From: Deltaproteobacteria bacterium
GTDB taxonomy: Bacteria; Myxococcota; Kuafuiibacteriia; Kuafuiibacteriales; Kuafuiibacteriaceae
Assembly (NCBI GenBank): GCA_040218735.1
Contig: JAVJQW010000048.1
Coordinates: 1 to 64,000, forward strand
Length of the DNA stretch: 64,000 nucleotides
Direction: 5' to 3'
Shown: positions 55,750 through 64,000 of the stretch, one piece after another
Layout of the letters: the number at the start of each line of letters is the position of its first letter
Position numbering within the stretch: position 1 is the first letter of the stretch
Program-made: the position numbers and the translations under genes
Notes under the pieces: model-generated
The model's input: the letters and a program-made list of their open reading frames with translations, nothing else
Told to the model about the DNA's origin: nothing
Databases searched by the model: none

Positions 55750-57011
55750 CGCGGCTCGGCCCCGGCGAAGCACCCAGCCTCGACCATCGTCTCGAGCGAA
55801 CGTTCAGCGGCCTCGATCGCGGCATCGATCTGCGCCTCCGTGTGGGCGGCACAGATGAAGTTCAGGTCGCGGCGCAGCAGGAAGCCGCGCTCCGCCATGA
55901 GCGCGACGAACTCTCGGGCGAGCGGTGCGTGACGATCCGGCGCGCGGTCGAAGAGGAAGAAGGGGAGGCAGTCGTAGCCGACGACGACGAGCGGTGTACC
56001 CAGGCGTCGCGATGCCTCGTCGACGCCCTGCGCCAGCCGGCGCCCCAGGCGCGCGATGTCGTCGACGTAGGCGGTGTCGCGGTAGACCCGCAGGGCGGCG
56101 ACACACGCGGCGAGCGACAACGTCTCCCCGCCGAACGTCGTCGAGACCTGAAGCTGCTCCATCGGCTCCAGCGCGGACCGCGGGCCCGCGACCGCCGACA
56201 GCGGTAGTCCTGCGGCGAGCGCCTTCGAGAAACACGCGAAGTCCGGCGCGACGTCGAAGTGTTGCTGCGCACCGCCTACGGCGAGGCGGAAGCCGGTGAC
56301 GATCTCGTCGAACACCAGCAGGACCCCAGCGCGGGTGCAGGCCTCGCGCAGCGCCACGAGGAACGGACGTTCGACGCGACGGTTGTACGGGAGCGAGAGG
56401 AGCACGACCGCGGTGTCGTCGGCGCCCGCTGCGACCGCCTCGAGGATCGGCGCCTCGTCGGCGGGGGTGAAGAGGGGCATTCGCCGGGTCAGCGGCGTCA
56501 GCGCCGCCGGAACGCCGGGCGTGTCGAACATGAAGTGGTCGTGCCAACCGTTGTAGCCGACCGTGATGATCCGGTCCTTCTTCGTCGTCGCGCGTGCGAG
56601 GCGCACCGCCGCGGACGTGGCGTCCGCACCCGTCTTGAAGAACCGCGCCATTTCAGCGCCGGGGATCAACTCGACGAGCGCATCCGCCGCCTGCAGCTCG
56701 AGCTCGACGGGCAGCGAGTGCAGAAAGCCGCGGTCCATCACCTCCTGCACGGCGGCGAGCACCTGCGGGTGACCATGTCCCAGCGACGTCGCACCGAGCC
56801 CGCACACGAAGTCGACGTAGCGGTGGCCATCGACGTCCTCGACCTCCGCGCCGCGACCGCTCGCGAGGTAGGCGGGGAATCGCCCCGGCGCGAAGACCTC
56901 CGGGCGCTTCATCATCGAGAACGTCAGGCCCGGGATGCGCTCGCGGGCCCGCGCGAGGAGGGCCTCCGAGCGCGGGAATCGGCTGGGCCCCGGGGCATCT
57001 ACCGCGCTCAC
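55746..57011 (-). CDS. mxcL: class III aminotransferase, myxochelin aldehyde transaminase MxcL-like
   Basis: SMMKRPE.FAPG.FP, FFKTGADATSAAVRLAR, GYNGWHD, FDEIVTGFR, FSKALAAG. Confidence 0.85.
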   Translation of the reverse strand: MSAVDAPGPSRFPRSEALLARARERIPGLTFSMMKRPEVFAPGRFPAYLASGRGAEVEDVDGHRYVDFVCGLGATSLGHGHPQVLAAVQEVMDRGFLHSLPVELELQAADALVELIPGAEMARFFKTGADATSAAVRLARATTKKDRIITVGYNGWHDHFMFDTPGVPAALTPLTRRMPLFTPADEAPILEAVAAGADDTAVVLLSLPYNRRVERPFLVALREACTRAGVLLVFDEIVTGFRLAVGGAQQHFDVAPDFACFSKALAAGLPLSAVAGPRSALEPMEQLQVSTTFGGETLSLAACVAALRVYRDTAYVDDIARLGRRLAQGVDEASRRLGTPLVVVGYDCLPFFLFDRAPDRHAPLAREFVALMAERGFLLRRDLNFICAAHTEAQIDAAIEAAERSLETMVEAGCFAGAEPR

Positions 57012-57107
57012 TGGGGGCGCTCCGTAGGTGCATTGGTGCGATCGACACGCGTTAATGCCATCGGGATGGGTTCATAGATCTCCTGATGGAGCTACCGCAA
57101 GATCTTT

Positions 57108-57130
57108 TTGCGATTGACTCGCAATTTCAA
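57108..57130. promoter_or_regulatory. two overlapping Fur-box-like palindromes in the divergent mxcL/mxcG promoter region
   Basis: TTGCGA-TTGAC-TCGCAA (57108-57124) and TTGA-CTCGCAATT-TCAA (57114-57130), staggered by 6 bp in an AT-rich island. They resemble the TTGARAAT-N-ATTYTCAA-type Fur consensus. Confidence 0.65.
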
Positions 57131-57153
57131 AATGAATAGGCCTCCGCCCCACG

Positions 57154-60100
57154 ATGGCGGGCGGCGAACATCTTCGGGCGGCGGAGCTCGGGTTGTGGCT
57201 CGGGCACCAGCGCACCGCGGACCCGTCGATCTACAACGCCGCCGAGTGCCTCGTATTCGAAGGCGCGTTCGAGCCCGACGTGTTCGAGGCGGCGCTCGCG
57301 GCGACCGTCGCCGAGGCCGACGCGCTCGCCTTCTGTGTCGGTGTCGATGGCGGGCGGCCCCGTCGCGTCGACGCTGCTCGGCCCCTCGACTTGGAGCGCG
57401 CCGATCCGGTCGCGGATGTCGCCGCGTTGATCGCGTACGGCGAAGCCGAGGTGCGCCGACCGTTCGCGCTCGAATCGGCTCCGCTCTTTCGGCACACCCT
57501 CGTCCCGCTCGCGGACGGGCGGTACGCCTGGCTGCACGTCGCCCACCACCTTCTGCTCGACGGCTACGGCTTCAACCTGATCGCTCGTCGTGTCGCGCAG
57601 CGCTACACCGCGCTCCGGCGGGGCGAGCACCTCTCCGCCGGGGCGTTCACACCCATCGGCCCGGTCGTCGCTCACGACACAGCGTACGCGGGCTCCGACG
57701 ACATCGAACGCGACCGAGCCTACTGGCACCGCGTACTCCAAGGGCGCCGAGGGGTCGCGTTGGGCCACCGCACCGAACCCGCCCACGCGCTACGCCGTCG
57801 AACTTCCGTCGAGCTCGGACCGCTCGAGCGCGACGCGAAGTCGGCCGGCGTAGCGTGGACCGAGCTCCTCCTCGCGCGGCTCTCTCGTCACTTCGGTGAA
57901 GACCACACCGAGCTCGTACTGGGGCTGCCGGTGATGCTTCGCCTCGGCACCCCTGCGGCCAAGACACCCTGCACCGCGATGAACATCGCGCCGCTCCCGG
58001 TCGAGCCCAACGCTGGGACCACCGCCGAGGTCGCGCGCGCCGTGCGTGCGTCGCTCGCCGAACAACGTCGACACCAGCGCTATCGCTACGAAGACCTGCG
58101 TGCCGAGTTGCCGCAAGGGTCGCGCCTCTTCGGGCCCGTCATCAACATCATGCCGTTCGATTTTCCGGTGCGGTTCGATGGGATCGGCGTCGAGTCGATC
58201 GGCATCGCGGCGGGGCCCGTCGAGGACCTCGCGTTGTCGTTCGCGCCGCGCGCGGGGCTTTTGCACCTTACCCTCGACGCCCACCCTTCGTTGTTCGACG
58301 CCGATGCCGTCGAGCACCTCATCCGGGAGGTGGCCGAGTCGACCGGACCACGACAACGGAGACGGTCGAGCGGGGGCCGCGCACCCGCGTGCGCTGCCGT
58401 TCATCGACACGCACGAGAACGCCCGGCCGCGATCGCGGTCGTCGACGGAGGTCGCGCGTGGACCTACGCAGAGCTCGATCGCGCGGCGCGGGGGTGCGCG
58501 GCCATGCTGCGCGCGTACGGGGTGGGGCCGGGCGCGGTCGTCGCGATGGAGCTCGGGCGCGACGTTCGTTCGATCGTCGCACTGCTCGGTGTTCGCTACT
58601 TGGGTGCTGCCTACCTCGCGCTGGATCCGGCGCAGCCCGAAGCACGAAGGCAGGACTATCTCGAACGCGCCGACCCGAAGGTGTTCCTGCACACGTCGTC
58701 TGCTTCGACGGTGTCGTGCACGTCCGTCGTCGTCGACGAGGCGATGCTCGCGCGGTGGGGTGAGGACGAAGGTGGCGGCCCCTTCATGACGACCGCGCGA
58801 CACGAGCCTGCGTACGTCGTGTTCACCTCGGGTTCGAGCGGCACGCCGAAGGGCGTGGAGGTGAGCGGGCACGCGCTCGCATCGTTCGTCGACGCCGTGC
58901 GCTCCGTCTACGCGCTTCGACCTGGCGACCGCGTCCTCCAGTTCGCTTCGCTCGCCTTCGACGCGAGCGTCGAAGAAGTCTTCGCGACGTTCGACGCGGG
59001 CGCGACACTCGTACTCCGGCCCGATGACATGCTCGAGTCGATTCCGCAGTTCATTCGGCGGTGCGCGCAACTCGAGTTGACGGTCCTCGACCTGCCGACC
59101 GCGTTCTGGCACGAGCTCACGCACGCCGAGTCGTTCTCGCTGCCGACTACCGTGCGCCTCACGATCATCGGGGGCGAGGCGGCCCTCCTCGATCGCGTCC
59201 GGCGCTTCGTCGAGCGCGCGCCGCACGTGCGTCTCCTCAACACGTATGGCCCGAGCGAAGCGACGGTCGTCGCGACCTACGCGGAGCTCACCGCGCTCGA
59301 CGACGAAGTCCCCATCGGACAGCCGCTCCCCGGCGTCGATGTCCTCCTTCGCGACGTCGAGGATGGTGTCGGAGAGATCTACATCGCCGGCCCGACGCTC
59401 GCGTCCGGCTACCTCGGGCGAGCCGGTTCCAGTGCGTTCTGCGAGATCGAGGGGATCGGCCGGGTGTACCGCACCAAGGACCGTGCGCGACGCAACGCCC
59501 GCGGCGAGCTCGTCTTCGTGGGGCGGGTCGACGACGAGCTGAAGATCGCCGGACACCGCGTTGCGCCGGCGGAGGTCGAAGCCGCTCTTGCGAAACACCC
59601 TTCGGTCCGCGCCAGCGCCGTCACGAGCACGTCCGGGATCCTGACGGCGTACGTCGAATCGGACGCGGACGTGCGCGTGCTGCGCGCGCACGTCGCCTCT
59701 CTGCTCCCGGCACCGATGGTGCCCGCCCGCATCGAACGCGTCGATACGCTCCCGATCGGCGTCAGCGGGAAGATCGACCGCGCTGCGCTCCGTGTCGAAG
59801 CCGAGCTCGACGCGTCGCAGGCGCGGGTGATCGACGTTTGGGCGGAGCTCTTGGGGCACCGCCGCATCGCGCTCGACGACGACTTCTTCGCCCTCGGTGG
59901 CCACAGCCTCCTGGTGCTCGCGCTCGCGAACCGATTGAGCACACCCGCGCTGGAGCTCGACGCCGGCACGGTGTTCGCCAACCCGACGCCCCGTCGGCAA
60001 GCCGCGCTCCTCGATGGGGTGGCGCTCGAGCGAGAGCACTTCACCCCGACTCCGGTCGAGCTCCACATCGAGCCCGGCCCCCGTTGCAGCAGCGGCCGCA

Positions 60101-61119
60101 CCCTCCTCACGGGCGCCACCGGATACCTGGGTGTCGAGCTCCTCGCCGCGTGCCTCGAGCGACAGCCGGTGGTGTGTGTCGTCCGCGGTCCGAACGCCGC
60201 GGAGCGTCTCGCACGGCATGTGGCTCACCACGGAGCTTCGGTCGACGCGTCGCCGTTGGAGATCGTCGAAGCCGACCTCGTCGACTCCAGCCTCGAGCTG
60301 CCCGCGTGCGATCGCATCGTGCACGCCGCGGCCGAGGTCAGCTTGGTGCGCGACTACACGAGCCTCTTCGACGCCAACGTCGTCGCGACGGCTCGGTTGC
60401 TCGAGCGTGCTGCACGCTGGGGTGCGGAGCTGCACCTCGTATCGACCGTGGCCGTGGTGCCTCGTGACGTGTCGGCCGAGGAGGTCTTCTTCGACGCGCA
60501 CGCCGGGCTCGTCGATGGGTATCAGCGCTCGAAGTGGCATGCGGAGGCGCTCGCGGAGGAGGCCTCCCGACGTGGAGTCCGTGTTGCGGTTCATCGTCTC
60601 GGCCGGATCGTCGGAGCGCTGCGTGGGCCGGTCATGAACCCCGCCGACCTCGTCTGGCGGATCGTTCGCGCGTCGGTGCGGATCGGCGCTTGGCCGATCT
60701 TCGCGTGGTCCGAGCCGTGGCTCCCGTCCGACGTCGCCGCCGAGGCGATCGTGCGCCTCGCGGAGGTCGGCGCCGCCGCGACACCTGCGCGTTACGTTCA
60801 CGTGCTGCCGAGGGAGGACGTCGCGATGGATTCGATCCACGCCGCGCTCGTCCAGCTCGGACATCACCTTCCTCGCATCGAGCCGCCCGCGTGGCTCGTG
60901 CGGCTCGCCACGAGCGAGCACGACGAAGACCGCGCTACGCATGCGGTCCTCTCCGGCGCGGGTCCGCTCCCTGCCGATCCCAAAGTGATGTCACGCGAGG
61001 TCTTCCACGCGTGCCTCACGGACTTCGTAACACCTCAGGTCGACGGTGATTTGCTAGCGACCCTTTGCGCCCGCGCGCTGAACGACGTGGGCACCCCGGT
61101 TCGGAAGGACACCCAATGA
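57154..61119 (+). CDS. mxcG: single-module NRPS C-A-T-R (myxochelin synthetase MxcG-like)
   Basis: C: HHLLLDG. A: FTSGSSGTPKG, FDASVEE, NTYGPSE, GKIDR. T: GGHSL. R: TGATGYLG, GYQRSK. Confidence 0.85.
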   Translation: MAGGEHLRAAELGLWLGHQRTADPSIYNAAECLVFEGAFEPDVFEAALAATVAEADALAFCVGVDGGRPRRVDAARPLDLERADPVADVAALIAYGEAEVRRPFALESAPLFRHTLVPLADGRYAWLHVAHHLLLDGYGFNLIARRVAQRYTALRRGEHLSAGAFTPIGPVVAHDTAYAGSDDIERDRAYWHRVLQGRRGVALGHRTEPAHALRRRTSVELGPLERDAKSAGVAWTELLLARLSRHFGEDHTELVLGLPVMLRLGTPAAKTPCTAMNIAPLPVEPNAGTTAEVARAVRASLAEQRRHQRYRYEDLRAELPQGSRLFGPVINIMPFDFPVRFDGIGVESIGIAAGPVEDLALSFAPRAGLLHLTLDAHPSLFDADAVEHLIREVAESTGPRQRRRSSGGRAPACAAVHRHARERPAAIAVVDGGRAWTYAELDRAARGCAAMLRAYGVGPGAVVAMELGRDVRSIVALLGVRYLGAAYLALDPAQPEARRQDYLERADPKVFLHTSSASTVSCTSVVVDEAMLARWGEDEGGGPFMTTARHEPAYVVFTSGSSGTPKGVEVSGHALASFVDAVRSVYALRPGDRVLQFASLAFDASVEEVFATFDAGATLVLRPDDMLESIPQFIRRCAQLELTVLDLPTAFWHELTHAESFSLPTTVRLTIIGGEAALLDRVRRFVERAPHVRLLNTYGPSEATVVATYAELTALDDEVPIGQPLPGVDVLLRDVEDGVGEIYIAGPTLASGYLGRAGSSAFCEIEGIGRVYRTKDRARRNARGELVFVGRVDDELKIAGHRVAPAEVEAALAKHPSVRASAVTSTSGILTAYVESDADVRVLRAHVASLLPAPMVPARIERVDTLPIGVSGKIDRAALRVEAELDASQARVIDVWAELLGHRRIALDDDFFALGGHSLLVLALANRLSTPALELDAGTVFANPTPRRQAALLDGVALEREHFTPTPVELHIEPGPRCSSGRTLLTGATGYLGVELLAACLERQPVVCVVRGPNAAERLARHVAHHGASVDASPLEIVEADLVDSSLELPACDRIVHAAAEVSLVRDYTSLFDANVVATARLLERAARWGAELHLVSTVAVVPRDVSAEEVFFDAHAGLVDGYQRSKWHAEALAEEASRRGVRVAVHRLGRIVGALRGPVMNPADLVWRIVRASVRIGAWPIFAWSEPWLPSDVAAEAIVRLAEVGAAATPARYVHVLPREDVAMDSIHAALVQLGHHLPRIEPPAWLVRLATSEHDEDRATHAVLSGAGPLPADPKVMSREVFHACLTDFVTPQVDGDLLATLCARALNDVGTPVRKDTQ

Positions 61120-62795
61120 TGAAGCCCCAACGAGTGCGGCGCCTGCTGTGGGCAGCGCCGCTGATGACGACGCTCGCGTTTGCGTGTAGCGGCGAGGACG
61201 CCGCCGACGACGACGGAGCAACCCCGACCCGCGACGCGGGGGAGACGCAGACCCGCGACGCGGGCGAAGAACCTCCGCGCGACGCGGGCGTGATCCGGGA
61301 CGCTGGCGAAGAGCCTGCGCGCGACGGCGGAAGCTCGCCGACATTCCCGACGCTGCCGAACGCGCTCTCCGTGACCGGTTGTGAGGCCTTCCCGATCGGC
61401 CCCTTGTGCTCGGTCGTGCAGGACGAGGACACGTTCGACGCAAACTGCGGAGGCGTTCACTTCGACGGCACCGTCACGGTCGACGGCGACATCACGATGA
61501 CGCGTCCGACGTTCACCAACGACATGGGGGACGAGGTCGAGACGTCGTGCATGGGGCGCCTTCAGGGGCCGCGCGTTACGGCGACGTGTGAGCAGACCGT
61601 GACACCCTCTGGCGGCACGCCCGTCACCGAACAGTGCGCGCTGATCAGCAAGACGAGCATGCTGCCAGCCGTCGAGTGCATGGAGGCGCCGCCCGAGTTC
61701 ACCAACGTCGTCATTTGCACCGAGGGCGCCGGGGCCGGCGGGACCACGATTCAGGCGGGGGCCTGCTCCGTGATCCAGGATGGGTGCACGTTCCAGGCGG
61801 ACTGCGCGGACGACCTGACGCTCGTCGGTTCGGTGGGCGCGGACGGCCTGAGCTTCTCGTCCGAGCTGATCGCGCTCGCCGACGCCGAGGTGCGCAACAA
61901 GGGCGACACGCCGGCCTTCCTGCAGGGTGACGTCGTGGCCCACAACTGTTCGGCTCAGCCCAGCGGCACGACGCTGGTCGGCGAGTGCGGCGCCGGGAGC
62001 GCCGGCCGCGGGGGCACGAACACCAGCGTCTGCTCGATCTCCGGCGGCGCCGCCGCGGTACCGCAGTGCGGCCAGGTGTCGTCCTCATCGGTGGGCGAAG
62101 CGCTCTTTGCGCTCGACTCGTGTGACATCCTCAAGAACGGCGAAGGTGGAGTGCCCGGGATCGGCGAGCCGGTCTGTGCGTTTCGGCAGAACAACTGCGT
62201 CTGGGAGGTGAATTGCGGGAGCCCGTTCCTCACCTTCTCTGGACGTCTCGAGCCGGGTGAAAGCGCGCTCGAATGGCGCCTGGCCACCGGCACGCCGTGC
62301 ACGATCGAGTTCGATGAGAACGGAAACCCATCCGGGAACTGTACGGTTCCCGGACAACCGCCGTGCAACCTCGGCTCACTCACTCCGGTCCCCGGTGGTG
62401 CGGAGTGTCCGGCGCCGGCCGAGGGGCGCTCGTTCACCGGTCGTGGTTGTGGCGACCGCGGCGGCACCGCGCTCGAGTGCCGGCAGGTCATGCAGCACGG
62501 ATGCAACTTCGGGGCGATCTGTTCGTTCACGGGGCGGTTCCCGTCCGTGGTGATCGCCGGTGAGACCTCGTACAGCACGGGGTCGCGCGGGCGCATCGAC
62601 TTCAACGGGCTGGCGAACTGGCAGTGCTACGTGGATCAGGCGACCGACGCCGAGATCGCGAGCGGCGATCGTGAAGCCAACGAGTGGTACGGCCAGTGCG
62701 TGACCCCCGAGGGGGGCATGTGTCGTGACAACTACGATCCGAAGACGGGTAGCGGCTTCCGCGGCCTCCAGATCTTCTTCGATGAGTTGAACTGA
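61116..62795 (+). CDS. Cys-rich lipoprotein with RDAG linker and four internal disulfide-rich repeats
   Basis: Lipobox LAFAC, about 31 Cys. ATGA overlap with the NRPS stop. Confidence 0.75.
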   Translation: MMKPQRVRRLLWAAPLMTTLAFACSGEDAADDDGATPTRDAGETQTRDAGEEPPRDAGVIRDAGEEPARDGGSSPTFPTLPNALSVTGCEAFPIGPLCSVVQDEDTFDANCGGVHFDGTVTVDGDITMTRPTFTNDMGDEVETSCMGRLQGPRVTATCEQTVTPSGGTPVTEQCALISKTSMLPAVECMEAPPEFTNVVICTEGAGAGGTTIQAGACSVIQDGCTFQADCADDLTLVGSVGADGLSFSSELIALADAEVRNKGDTPAFLQGDVVAHNCSAQPSGTTLVGECGAGSAGRGGTNTSVCSISGGAAAVPQCGQVSSSSVGEALFALDSCDILKNGEGGVPGIGEPVCAFRQNNCVWEVNCGSPFLTFSGRLEPGESALEWRLATGTPCTIEFDENGNPSGNCTVPGQPPCNLGSLTPVPGGAECPAPAEGRSFTGRGCGDRGGTALECRQVMQHGCNFGAICSFTGRFPSVVIAGETSYSTGSRGRIDFNGLANWQCYVDQATDAEIASGDREANEWYGQCVTPEGGMCRDNYDPKTGSGFRGLQIFFDELN

Positions 62796-62808
62796 CCTGG
62801 AGCGGAAT

Positions 62809-62855
62809 CCGGTCGGGGCGGCTCGCCAATTGGGATCGCGGGCCGCCCCGGCCGG
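62809..62855 (+). other. GC-rich intercistronic hairpin abutting the GNAT ribosome-binding site
   Basis: ccggtcggggcggctcgc / gcgggccgccccggccgg, an 18-bp stem with G-U pairs and no U-tract. Confidence 0.5.
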
Positions 62856-62865
62856 GGACGTACTC

Positions 62866-63654
62866 ATGAGAATTCAACCTACCTTCCAGCCCGTCTCACT
62901 CGAGTCGATCCGGCCGTCGCGGGCTCGGTATCTCGACGGACTGCTCGAAGCACAAGACGCCTTGCTCGAGGTGTTCGTGTCGAAGTCGCGGTGTTTCGCG
63001 ATGCGGACCGCGAATGGGGACGCGGGTCACCTCGTCGTTCTCGACACCGGGATGCTCGTCGAGTGGTTCGTCGGCGATGAGTACGACGAGCACGCTCACC
63101 ACTGGCTGCCGGCGGCGATTCATGAGCTTGGGCTCACCTCGGCGCTCGTCAAGTCATTCGACCACGCGTTTCTCTCCGTCGCGATGGAGCAGCAGAAGTC
63201 GGTGCGCGTGCGTGGGGCGCTGATTCGCAACTATCGGCGCCGGGAGCTGCCCCGCTACGAACGACTTCGGTACACGTCGAGATTGGCAACGCTGGAGGAC
63301 CTTCCGTGTCTGCGCGAGGTGCGTCAGGAAGTCTTCACGGATCCGGAGCGCTTGCTGGCGTTGGTTCGAGCGGGTGGGGTGCGGATCTTCGAATGCGACC
63401 GAGGGACGATTGGCTTCGGACTCTGTCGTCGGATCTTCGCGGATCGTCCGCACGTCGAGGTGGGAATCGCCATCGACGAACGCTTTCGCAATCGCGGCCA
63501 CGCGCCCTACCTACTGCGTGATCTCGCGGATCGCTGTGTCGACGATGGTCTCTTTCCCGTGAGTGGTTGTGCTCGGGACAACGAAGCCTCGATCCGCGTT
63601 GGGCTTCGCGTCGGTTTTCGCGCGCGCTACCGACTGCTCGAAGTGAGTTTCTGA
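62866..63654 (+). CDS. GNAT-family N-acetyltransferase
   Basis: EVGIAIDERFRNRGHA acetyl-CoA motif, NEASIRVGLRVGF. Confidence 0.8.
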   Translation: MRIQPTFQPVSLESIRPSRARYLDGLLEAQDALLEVFVSKSRCFAMRTANGDAGHLVVLDTGMLVEWFVGDEYDEHAHHWLPAAIHELGLTSALVKSFDHAFLSVAMEQQKSVRVRGALIRNYRRRELPRYERLRYTSRLATLEDLPCLREVRQEVFTDPERLLALVRAGGVRIFECDRGTIGFGLCRRIFADRPHVEVGIAIDERFRNRGHAPYLLRDLADRCVDDGLFPVSGCARDNEASIRVGLRVGFRARYRLLEVSF

Positions 63655-63661
63655 CGTGAGC

Positions 63662-64000
63662 TCACGACCCGAACGGATCGCAGTCGTCATCGGACGCGCA
63701 GGTGTTGCACTGCCCGATGAGCTCGTGCACGTGGTCCGTGAGTCGAAAGCGGAAACGCTCGGCGACGTCGCGTTGGAGGACCTCGATCGCCTCCGACTGA
63801 AACTCTACGACCGCCCCGCAGTCACTGCAGATCAGGTGGTCATGATGTTCGCGCTCGAAAGCGCGCTCGTACCGCGACTGGTCTGCGTCGGAGTGCAACA
63901 CCTCTTGCAGCAGCCCCGCGTCCACGAGGATCGGCAAGACGCGGTACACCGTCGCGGGGTGCGCGTCGGCGTCGCTCGTCTCCCGGACCCTCTGCGCCAG
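63662..64000 (-). CDS. Fur-family transcriptional regulator (5'-truncated by the window edge)
   Basis: ATVYR helix, HHDHLICSDCG, C-terminal CNTC. Frame open to the edge. Confidence 0.9.
   Translation of the reverse strand: MAQRVRETSDADAHPATVYRVLPILVDAGLLQEVLHSDADQSRYERAFEREHHDHLICSDCGAVVEFQSEAIEVLQRDVAERFRFRLTDHVHELIGQCNTCASDDDCDPFGS

Noticed and set aside
57790-60942. 1050-aa ORF antisense to the NRPS, and the 709-aa ORF 40813..42942 antisense to speA
   Set aside because: Shadow ORFs with no recognisable motifs.
47010-64000. Siderophore region as a mobile genomic island
   Set aside because: Codon usage looks slightly different by eye, but no integrase, transposase, tRNA or flanking direct repeat is visible. 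A computed composition analysis would be needed.

Overview
High-GC (about 70% by eye) bacterial chromosomal DNA. The gene content suggests Myxococcota/deltaproteobacteria: many Cys-rich lipoproteins, a Hanks kinase, pcnB-speA, 7TM-HD-ybeY and a myxochelin-type cluster. 0.3-15.5 kb is a block of oxidative and tailoring enzymes: two alpha/beta hydrolases, an SDR, an orphan SdhA/NadB-like flavoprotein, a stand-alone PKS-type methyltransferase, a DapA-family aldolase, two divergent heme-c-fused copper-monooxygenase-like proteins and an iorAB-type molybdo-oxidoreductase with a diheme cytochrome. 15.6-35 kb holds a Ser/Thr kinase with two cNMP domains, many lipoproteins and two giant tandem zinc-metalloprotease lipoproteins. 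35-36.8 kb is a coupled two-gene unit: an uncharacterised His/Glu-motif protein carrying three in-frame 81-bp palindromic repeats right after its start codon, then an AbiEii-family nucleotidyltransferase. 37.6-47 kb is mostly housekeeping (RlmI/K-like MTase, a 36-aa very basic ORF missing from the ORF track, pcnB, speA, 7TM-HD, ybeY). 47-64 kb is a rearranged myxochelin-type catechol-siderophore cluster with Fur-like boxes. Its aryl carrier protein is fused to isochorismate synthase instead of isochorismatase, and it has extra genes (diheme cytochrome lipoprotein, 4-repeat Cys-rich lipoprotein, GNAT) and a partial Fur-family gene at the edge. I saw no rRNA, tRNA, CRISPR array or transposase. 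All assignments come from reading motifs, with no database search; many starts were re-placed relative to the ORF track.
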